From Okeania sp. (GTDB lineage: Bacteria; Cyanobacteriota; Cyanobacteriia; Cyanobacteriales; Microcoleaceae), in the NCBI RefSeq assembly GCF_035285525.1, contig NZ_JAYKGW010000032.1, positions 1 through 8,430 of the forward strand: DNA of 8,430 bases, written 5' to 3'. Position numbers and translations under genes: made by a program. Shown in pieces: positions 1 through 6,367 of this stretch. The notes beneath the pieces were generated by a model. The model did no database searches. It was not told the origin of the DNA and worked only from the letters and a program-made list of their open reading frames with translations. Each line of letters begins with the position of its first letter. Position 1 is the first letter of the stretch.

Positions 1-310
1 ATCCAACAGGTTCTTCTTTGGTGGCCTCATATAACAAATAGCTCTATAGGCTCTTTCTCCGCGACCTCGTTGGACCCTATTCATACCCCTCTAGTTTCTA
101 GAGGCTCTTAATAGGAACAAGTCGCACTTACATTCTTACTGTGACTCAATTTAAGAGGTGTAAGAATGTCCTAACTGTTTTAAGGACTGCTATATGAAAA
201 ATATTTGAGAAAATTTTTTGTAGACATTCCAGAATTTTATGTTAATATTGTATATTGTTAGCTAGATTTCTATTATTTTATGGAAATTTGATTGATAGAT
301 ACTAACTAGA

Positions 311-391
311 GCGGATGTGGCGGAATTGGTATACGCGCACGTTTGAGGGGCGTGTGGCTTTGCCTTGCGAGTTCGAGTCTCGCCATCCGCA
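311..391 (+). tRNA. trnL: tRNA-Leu (anticodon GAG), class II with long variable arm; CCA not encoded
   Basis: Hand-folded cloverleaf. Acceptor GCGGATG(311-317)/CATCCGC(384-390). 3-bp D stem GCG(320-322)/CGC(334-336) with GG in the loop. Anticodon stem CACGT(338-342)/GCGTG(350-354), loop TT-GAG-GG (anticodon 345-347, G37). Variable arm GGC-TTT-GCC (356-364). T arm GCGAG-TTCGAGT-CTCGC (367-383). Discriminator A391. Confidence 0.92.
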
Positions 392-400
392 TTAGAGAAT

Positions 401-445
401 AATCAGAGGTTAAAAAGTGATGACTTCTGGTTTTCTCTTTTTTTT
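401..445 (+). terminator. Candidate rho-independent terminator downstream of tRNA-Leu
   Basis: 7-bp stem CAGAGGT(404-410)/ACTTCTG(423-429) with one G-U pair and a 12-nt loop, followed by the T-rich run GTTTTCTCTTTTTTTT (430-445). The loop is rather large, so confidence is moderate. Confidence 0.5.
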
Positions 446-817
446 GGACTAAAAATTGACATGACATATAGTGGAGTGTAAAAACTATAGTGCTATAGTT
501 AGGTTTTGTTTATGGAGGTCTGCTACTGAAGGAAGAGAAAAGTTTAGATTATTTACTACGGAAAAACTTTCTGATAGTCAAATTTTCCAGTCACCTTTTC
601 TGCAATTTTCCTAACTATTAACTCCTAACAGCGCCAAACCTAATTAGGGCTTCCGTATGGAAATATAAAAGTTTTGATAGGTAAAGGTTTTAGTCTTTTG
701 AAGTCTGGAAAAAGTGCTTCGTTTTCAGTTCTTTATGTTCAAAAAATCAGGATTTTGAGTATTTCAAGGGGCAGAAAATCAAGGGATAATATTCTAACTA
801 CCTATTCTATAATTCCC

Positions 818-841
818 CTGAATTCTGAATTCTGGATTCTG
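818..841. repeat. Heptanucleotide tandem repeat CTGAATT x about 3.4 (third copy CTGGATT)
   Basis: Read directly: ctgaatt ctgaatt ctggatt ctg. It lies inside the dubious 674..889 ORF. Confidence 0.85.
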
Positions 842-1127
842 CCTTCAGAAAAAGAAGTCTATACGCAAACTCTAATTAGCAAGTGCTAGTTAATTTAGAT
901 TTTTTTTGGGTAAACTTTCTATCTATAAATGTTCTGATTGTTTTATTTATTTAGGTTAGTTTGTCGGACATAGTTTAGGCTAAAAAAGCGTTTATAGTAA
1001 GTAAATTTGGATAACAATACTGACCTAGAAATTTTTACATATTCCTCTGATTGATTGTTATTGAAAAAGTCGCAGAAAATTTTCATGTTGACAAGATAGT
1101 TTTGTGAAAGAAAAACAAGTTACCTTT

Positions 1128-1604
1128 TCAAGATGCTTTAAATTCTTGCTCTTGAGAATTGGGAGAATTAGTATCTATATCTGCTTTATTATTGATATTT
1201 AACAATCGCTGACAAATACTTACTAAATATAATTTACTACTGATAGGCGATCGCGGCAATGGTGTTTCAGTATTAGGCCAACTAGGAAGATCGAAACATG
1301 GACAACATTCTGAGGGCATTCCTTTCACACGAGCAGGAATCGGCATTGAACAACGGGAACAAGAATTAATATCCCATTCGGAAGATAATAATTCTTGAAA
1401 TGTTTGATGGGTTCCTTCTAAATAACAATCTCCTGATTCTGATGATATTATTTTTTGCCAGCATTCTTCAAATTCTTGACTATAGCGATCTTTTGAAAGT
1501 ACAATTTGAGGTTTAATTGTTTCTTGACCATTATTAATTAAAACCTTTTTACCTAATTGAAACCAATAGGCAATATATTTTTTTATTTGCTCATAGGATG
1601 CCAT
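1128..1604 (-). CDS. Hypothetical protein, 158 aa, Cys-rich (CxxC ... CCxC)
   Basis: Complete ATG-to-TGA ORF from the track. The N-terminal two thirds have non-repetitive, protein-like composition (YIAYWFQLGKKV, YLEGTHQTFQELL). Cysteine cluster CSRCSMPIP...ECCPCFDLPSWPN. Contains a HIP1 site. I do not recognise a named family. Confidence 0.7.
   Translation of the reverse strand: MASYEQIKKYIAYWFQLGKKVLINNGQETIKPQIVLSKDRYSQEFEECWQKIISSESGDCYLEGTHQTFQELLSSEWDINSCSRCSMPIPARVKGMPSECCPCFDLPSWPNTETPLPRSPISSKLYLVSICQRLLNINNKADIDTNSPNSQEQEFKAS
1247..1254. repeat. HIP1 palindrome GCGATCGC
   Basis: Exact octamer read in the sequence. HIP1 is strongly over-represented in many cyanobacterial genomes. 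Confidence 0.9.
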
Positions 1605-1996
1605 AATTTTAATATAGAATAATGTTTTTAGATAAGCAGTTAGTTATCAGCTTTTAGTTACTAACTTATGATTACAGGGAAGGAAAAAGTAGTCCTTCAA
1701 GCAGAATTAAAAGTTATGGATAAATTGGGCAAGTAGCTAACTTAGTTATGTTTAATAGCGGAATGCTTAAGTTTTTAGGGTATGGAGAATTTTCCAGACC
1801 AAAAATAGCATTGATAATATATTTTAGTAAGCACTTCTTGCGGAATGCTAAACAAGCAGCCTTCAGCTAATAGTTATCAGTTTCTAAGATATATCATAAT
1901 TTCCTGCCACAAATTATATGGTTTAACAACTCAGATTTCTGGTTGAAAATGTAGTATAAGTTAAAATAACATTGGCTTCATTCATTAAAAAGCTAG

Positions 1997-2017
1997 GAGC
2001 TGAGAGCTGAGAGCTGA
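1997..2017. repeat. Heptanucleotide tandem repeat GAGCTGA x3 (STRR-like)
   Basis: Read directly: gagctga gagctga gagctga, preceded by the degenerate copy agctag. Confidence 0.85.
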
Positions 2018-2471
2018 CTGCTAATAGCTAAACGCTTATCTTTGATTTTACCTTATTAAATCTCCTAAATTCTATGATTATTTCTAAAGGAATAGTTAAG
2101 AATTTAAGCAAGCATTCAGATATTCCTCTGGAATCACACTCAAACAAAAATAATATCCTCACTTTAAGGACTTGAGCTAAATGAATACAACCTTTAAAGT
2201 CAGCTCTTAATAGTAAGGTTAAATTTGTCTAAATTAATAAACTAGACAGTGAAAGTAGTTATAGAAACAACTATTGCTAACTAAGACTTTCAGATATCTA
2301 AAATTTAGAAAATTTATATTCAAAACTGTAGGTAATATAAGCCTTTTTCAGTAATACTTTTAGCATTGAAATAAATCATTTTTTATGATTTCATGAGAAA
2401 TTTGTACTATCAAGTTAATAAAAATTTTATCTAAAACTTAAGGTAATAGCTAATAGTTGAGGGCTAAATGC

Positions 2472-3035
2472 TTAAAATTTTAAAGGTAATCCTAAATCGC
2501 TCAAAGGTAAAACATAACCTCCAGTAACTAGATAAACAGATTGAGAAATTACTCCTATTTTCCGAATCAGAGATCCAAGGCGATCGCGAAATAATCGTCC
2601 AATAGGATAAGCAGGAATTACTCCCCAACCTGTTTCTTCTCCTACTAAAATCACATCACCCTTAGCTTTTAATAAACTTTCAATTAGTTCCTCTAAAGTT
2701 TGATTCCAAGTTGGTTCATTTTGTTCCAAAATATTAGCTAACCAAGTACCTAGAGAATCTACTAAAATACAGGAATTTTTATTAGAATAAGTAGCCAAAG
2801 TTTCTGATAGTTTGATAGGTATTTCTAAAGTCATCCAATCAGAAGGACGACGATTTTTATGTTGTTCAATTCGAGCTTGCCACTCTAAATCATTAGCATT
2901 AATTTGAGAGGTAGCAATATATATTACTTTTTTTTCAGAATTAATGGCTAAATTTTCTGCCCATTCACTTTTTCCGGAACGAGCAGGACCAGTGATTAAT
3001 ATTAATTTATCTGAAGTGGTTTGAGGGAAATTCAT
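2472..3035 (-). CDS. cobU: Bifunctional adenosylcobinamide kinase / adenosylcobinamide-phosphate guanylyltransferase (CobU/CobP)
   Basis: 187-aa ORF. P-loop ILITGPARSGKSEWAE near the N-terminus, then YIATSQ, RIEQHKNRRPSDW, GEETGWGVIP and FRDRLG blocks. These are colinear with Salmonella CobU as I recall it (LVTGGARSGKS, YIATSQ, RIQHHKDGRP, NEVGMGIVP, FRDIAG). Confidence 0.92.
   Translation of the reverse strand: MNFPQTTSDKLILITGPARSGKSEWAENLAINSEKKVIYIATSQINANDLEWQARIEQHKNRRPSDWMTLEIPIKLSETLATYSNKNSCILVDSLGTWLANILEQNEPTWNQTLEELIESLLKAKGDVILVGEETGWGVIPAYPIGRLFRDRLGSLIRKIGVISQSVYLVTGGYVLPLSDLGLPLKF
2580..2587. repeat. HIP1 palindrome GCGATCGC
   Basis: Exact octamer inside cobU. Confidence 0.9.
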
Positions 3036-3165
3036 CAGGATATAGAGTTAAAGATTTTAGGCTAAACTGGAACATAAAGAATAGTAAATTATGTAACAGC
3101 AAATTAGGCCAATATCCACAATAACTTCCATCCCCAAAAATTATTACTAAGAATAATAACTAACT

Positions 3166-4098
3166 ATGGCCCTAATCTCCGCTATTATCTGTACTCATAA
3201 TCGGGACAATTACTTAGGAGCTGCAATAGATAGCCTATTAGTACAGGATTTTCCTGGTAGCTTTGAAGTAGTGGTAGTAGATAATGCTTCTAAAGATCGT
3301 ACCCGCGAAGTAGTAGAAGCAAGACTTTCTAACCCCAAACTTAAATATGTCTATGAACCAGTCACAGGATTATCTGTGGCTAGAAATACAGGAGCAAAAA
3401 CAGCTAGTGCTAAAATTTTAGCTTATCTTGATGATGATGCTGTTGCTAGTCCTCAATGGTTGAAGGTAGTATATGAAGCTTATCAAAGTAATGACAAATT
3501 AGCTATTGCTGGAGGTAAAGTTACTTTAATTTGGCCAGAAGGAATTAGTCATCCCCACTGGTTGTCTTGGGAATTATCAGGAAACTTGGGTTACTATGAC
3601 CTTGGTGATTCGGTTGTCTATATTGACCAACCGGGTTTGACTCCTAGAGGTTTAAATTATTCAATTCGTCGCACATTTCTGGAACAAATTGGTGGTTTTG
3701 ATACTAATTTGGGTCGAGTTGGTAAAAAACTTTTATCGAATGAAGAGTTGCATACCACAGAATTAGCAATAAAGCAAGGTTGGCAAGTGGCTTATTTACC
3801 AGAAGCTTTAGTTGCTCATAATGTAGCTCCAGAAAGGGTGAAACTTTCCTGGTTTATTGAACGAGGTTGGTGGCAAGGTATTAGTGAATGTTATCGAGAA
3901 CAACTAGCTGGTAATGCTGGTTTAGGTCAATTATTGCGGGGGAGTGAAAGAATAATTAGGGGTGTTTATAAGTCTCTAAAAAATATTACGGACCCTGCAA
4001 AGCGTTTTGATAATTTTGTCTATGCTTATGGTCAAATAGGTTATTTAGGTGCAGCAATTAAGGGAATTCTATCTACTTCAATAACTCCCAAAAATTGA
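3166..4098 (+). CDS. Family 2 glycosyltransferase (GT-A fold)
   Basis: 310-aa ORF. N-terminal ISAIICTHNRDNYLGAAIDSLLVQ, then VVVVDNASKDRT, GLSVARNTG, and the DxD motif LDDDAV (DDD at 3430-3438). This is the classic GT2 signature order. Confidence 0.9.
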   Translation: MALISAIICTHNRDNYLGAAIDSLLVQDFPGSFEVVVVDNASKDRTREVVEARLSNPKLKYVYEPVTGLSVARNTGAKTASAKILAYLDDDAVASPQWLKVVYEAYQSNDKLAIAGGKVTLIWPEGISHPHWLSWELSGNLGYYDLGDSVVYIDQPGLTPRGLNYSIRRTFLEQIGGFDTNLGRVGKKLLSNEELHTTELAIKQGWQVAYLPEALVAHNVAPERVKLSWFIERGWWQGISECYREQLAGNAGLGQLLRGSERIIRGVYKSLKNITDPAKRFDNFVYAYGQIGYLGAAIKGILSTSITPKN

Positions 4099-4137
4099 AT
4101 AAAGTTTATTGAATAAAGTGTTAGGTTATAGGTTGTC

Positions 4138-4164
4138 AATAATTAATAATTAATAACTAATAGG
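4138..4164. repeat. AT-only heptamer tract AATAATT x2, then AATAACT and AATAGG
   Basis: Read directly, 40 bp after the GT2 stop. A related AT-only tract (TAATTAT/TAATTAA) lies at 4329-4352. Confidence 0.8.
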
Positions 4165-4710
4165 AGTGTAAAAAGTTCTCTAAAAGAATAATTTGTACCT
4201 GAAAATTGAAAGTGTTACTGGTAAAATATTATAGCACCTAAAGCTGTTAATACAAAGTTGATAACCTTTAGATAGCTGAAAGCCTTAGATAGTAATAGTT
4301 ATTCTTAGAACTTGGCACTGTCTAGTAGTTAATAATTATTAATTAATTATTACCTTTTCTTATAAAAAAGAGGATTGGCTAAAATAAATTTTTGTTCTTC
4401 TGAATATGGGGTTTAGCTAACACAAAACTACTGATTTTTATCTATGAATGGAGAAGCTTTATACCTTAATTTTTCGGTAAATTATGGGTATAATAAAGTA
4501 TATTTAAAAAGGCATAAACTTCAACATGAAATCTCAGAATTTAAGAAAAAAACCTAAACTTAATACCTAAAACTTTTAGAGCTTAATAATAAAAATCAAT
4601 TAAGTTCAACAATCAATAATTATCTCTCCCTTTTCGGGAAATGATTGACGCTCAAGGAAAAAAAATTCTTTTCTTCCCTTTGAAAGGAAAGGCTTTCAAC
4701 CTGAATTATT

Positions 4711-4759
4711 TAATAATTAATTACTAATTACTAATTATTAATTATTAATTATTAATTCT
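4711..4759. repeat. Heptanucleotide tandem repeat TAATTAY x about 7
   Basis: taataat taattac taattac taattat taattat taattat taattct. The tract ends 32 nt upstream of the ATG at 4792. Confidence 0.9.
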
Positions 4760-4791
4760 CTCGGTAACTCCAATTAATCAATTATTCAATT

Positions 4792-5739
4792 ATGACATTA
4801 TCTAAAATACCAGTATCAGTTCTTATTCCGGCTAAGAATGAAGAACAAAATTTACCTGCTTGTCTAGAAAGTGTAGCTAGAGCAGATGAAATATTTGTGG
4901 TAGATTCTCAAAGTAGCGATCGCTCTGAGGAAATAGTTGAAAGTTATGGAGCAAATCTAGTACAATTTTATTTTAATGGTACTTGGCCGAAAAAGAAAAA
5001 TTGGTCTTTGAACAATTTAAAATTTCGGAATGAGTGGGTACTAATTGTTGATTGTGACGAACGTATTACTCCTGAACTTTGGGATGAAATTGCTATAGCT
5101 ATTCAAGATGAAAATTATAATGGTTATTATCTCAATCGGAGAGTATTTTTTCTAGGTAAATGGATTCGTCATGGTGGGAAATATCCTGATTGGAATCTTA
5201 GATTATTTAAACATAAAGAGGGTCGCTACGAAAATTTGAAGACTGAGGGTGTTAGAAATACTGGGGATAATGAGGTACACGAACACGTTGTTTTAAATGG
5301 CAATGTAGGATATCTGAAAAATGATATGCTTCACGAAGATTTTCGCGATCTTTTTCATTGGATAGAAAGACATAATCGTTATTCTAATTGGGAAGCAAGA
5401 GTACATTATAACCTATTAACTGGTCAAGGCGATCGTGGAACTATTGGCGCTAGTTTATTTGGAGATGCGGTACAAAGAAAACGTTTTTTGAAAAAGATAT
5501 GGGTGAGGTTGCCATTTAAACCTTTGTTGAGATTTGTGTTGTTTTATTTTATTCAACTGGGATTTTTAGATGGGAAAGCGGGGTATATTTATGGTAGGTT
5601 ATTGAGTCAATATGAGTATCAAATTGGTGTTAAGCTTTATGAGTTAAAAGACTGTGGTGGTCAGTTAAATGTTACTAAAAATAAACCACAAAATACTAAT
5701 TCTCAAAAAGTTGCTCAGGTAGATTCTGTTAGTAGTTAG
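4792..5739 (+). CDS. Family 2 glycosyltransferase (KdtX/WaaE-like subfamily by motif pattern)
   Basis: 315-aa ORF. VSVLIPAKNEEQNLPACLESV, EIFVVDSQSSDRSEEI, WPKKKNW, and the DxD-equivalent LIVDCDERITPEL. C-terminal hydrophobic or amphipathic segment LLRFVLFYFIQLGFLDGKAGYIYG. Contains a HIP1 site. Confidence 0.88.
   Translation: MTLSKIPVSVLIPAKNEEQNLPACLESVARADEIFVVDSQSSDRSEEIVESYGANLVQFYFNGTWPKKKNWSLNNLKFRNEWVLIVDCDERITPELWDEIAIAIQDENYNGYYLNRRVFFLGKWIRHGGKYPDWNLRLFKHKEGRYENLKTEGVRNTGDNEVHEHVVLNGNVGYLKNDMLHEDFRDLFHWIERHNRYSNWEARVHYNLLTGQGDRGTIGASLFGDAVQRKRFLKKIWVRLPFKPLLRFVLFYFIQLGFLDGKAGYIYGRLLSQYEYQIGVKLYELKDCGGQLNVTKNKPQNTNSQKVAQVDSVSS
4916..4923. repeat. HIP1 palindrome GCGATCGC
   Basis: Exact octamer inside the second glycosyltransferase gene. 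Confidence 0.9.
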
Positions 5740-5745
5740 TAGGTA

Positions 5746-5780
5746 AGAATTGAGAATTTAGAATTTAGAATTTAGAATTG
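5746..5780. repeat. Heptanucleotide tandem repeat AGAATTK x5
   Basis: agaattg agaattt agaattt agaattt agaattg, starting 7 nt after the stop codon at 5737-5739. Confidence 0.9.
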
Positions 5781-5936
5781 AAGCAACTATTCAGGTAGTG
5801 GGGTTGACAAATAATCATATCTATATTAATTGTGACTTTCCCTGCCTAATTTTATCTGGTTGGAAAAAATCTAAATTCAAGTTATTTTGACTTGGAAACA
5901 AGACGATAATTTTGATAAAAATATAGTTAGCATTCT

Positions 5937-5970
5937 GTAGGGTTTTGGAGACAAAAACCCTACTTTTTTT
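5937..5970 (+). terminator. Strong rho-independent terminator (in repeat copy 1)
   Basis: Perfect 10-bp stem GTAGGGTTTT(5937-5946)/AAAACCCTAC(5954-5963), loop GGAGACA, then TTTTTTT (5964-5970). It could end either the glycosyltransferase transcript or a small RNA. Confidence 0.7.
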
Positions 5971-6122
5971 GTCACAATTAAATAACTGGCATTATTTGAA
6001 AAAATTACTATGGTTTCTTGATTTTTATTGTTTAATTTTATCTGGCTGGAAAAGTCAGAAATTCAAGTAACTTGTATTTTTAAATAAGACGATAATTTTG
6101 ATAAAAATATAGTTAGCATTCT

Positions 6123-6150
6123 GTAGGGGGTTGGGAGACTAAACTCCTAC
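6123..6150 (+). other. Second-copy hairpin homologous to the 5937-5963 terminator stem-loop
   Basis: GTAGGGGGTTG / loop GGAGAC / TAAACTCCTAC. Pairs 6123-6150 ... 6133-6140 include one G/A mismatch and two G-U pairs. The tail TTTACTAATTTTATT is only moderately T-rich. Confidence 0.4.
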
Positions 6151-6367
6151 TTTACTAATTTTATTGGGTTGGAAAAGTCATAAAATCAATTTACAGCAGA
6201 TTCTATCTTGGCAAGGAAAAGTGATATGAGCAAGATGCCCGCACTGGCAATATTTTATTATTAATATCTATATTTCATATACTGGGAATTTGTTATATTA
6301 TTTTGGGTAAATGGAAATACTCAAAATTATATAATATCTTAAAACTATTTACCAAAAAGACAAATTA

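Larger units (their letters stand above)
5847..6190 (+). repeat. Degenerate tandem direct repeat, 2 full copies plus 1 partial (starts 5847, 6033, 6156)
   Basis: All three copies begin TAATTTTATYKGGYTGGAAAA. Copies 1 and 2 share a 43-bp identical core, AAGACGATAATTTTGATAAAAATATAGTTAGCATTCTGTAGGG (5900-5942 = 6086-6128), followed by a hairpin. Copy 1 is followed by a 62-bp unique spacer. Confidence 0.85.

Noticed and set aside
1-111. Edge ORFs (+ frame 1 to TAA at 109-111; - strand ATG at 84 running off the edge)
   Set aside because: Both frames are open over the same short stretch and neither peptide is recognisable. I cannot choose between them without flanking sequence, so neither is listed as a feature.
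674-889. 71-aa ORF from the track (TTG start)
   Set aside because: It has a non-ATG start, low-complexity basic and hydrophobic composition, and no recognisable motif. Part of it is simply the CTGAATT heptamer repeat read in frame (LNSEFWIL). It is most likely a chance ORF in a spacer.
311-1127. tRNA-Leu as an integration site for a genomic island carrying the downstream genes
   Set aside because: I found no direct repeat of the tRNA 3' end (GAGTCTCGCCATCCGC) elsewhere in the window and no integrase gene. Downstream gene composition matches the rest of the window.
2373-2391. Hairpin AAATCAT-TTTTT-ATGATTT about 90 nt downstream of cobU on the minus strand
   Set aside because: The stem is almost all A-T (a single G-C pair) and would be very weak, with no convincing U-tract on the minus strand. 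It is not a credible terminator.
3084-3127. NtcA-like site GTA-N8-AAC (3084-3097) with TAACTT (3122-3127) about 24 nt downstream, in the cobU/GT2 divergent spacer
   Set aside because: One half-site deviates from the GTA-N8-TAC consensus. Such matches are frequent by chance in AT-rich DNA, and there is no supporting evidence.
4444-4557. 37-aa ORF MNGEALYLNFSVNYGYNKVYLKRHKLQHEISEFKKKT in the GT2-GT2 spacer (also a 22-aa ORF at 1668-1736)
   Set aside because: There is no Shine-Dalgarno sequence and no recognisable motif, and the length is within chance expectation. This is insufficient to call a gene.
5847-6190. Possible CRISPR array or MITE
   Set aside because: There are only 2-3 units, of about 120-186 bp, with no short repeat/spacer alternation, so it is not a CRISPR array. 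The units have no terminal inverted repeats or target-site duplications, so they are not MITE-like.
6237-6247. GCCCGCACTGG resembles the B12-box core (CCCGC-A/C-ACTG) of cobalamin riboswitches, with GGAAAAGTGA upstream
   Set aside because: The other conserved riboswitch helices and the GGTG..AATCC-type hairpin are not recoverable from the flanks. The downstream gene is an R-M enzyme, not a B12-related gene. The real B12 gene (cobU) is 3 kb away on the other strand, and I see no B12-box or riboswitch-like helices in its 130-nt upstream region.
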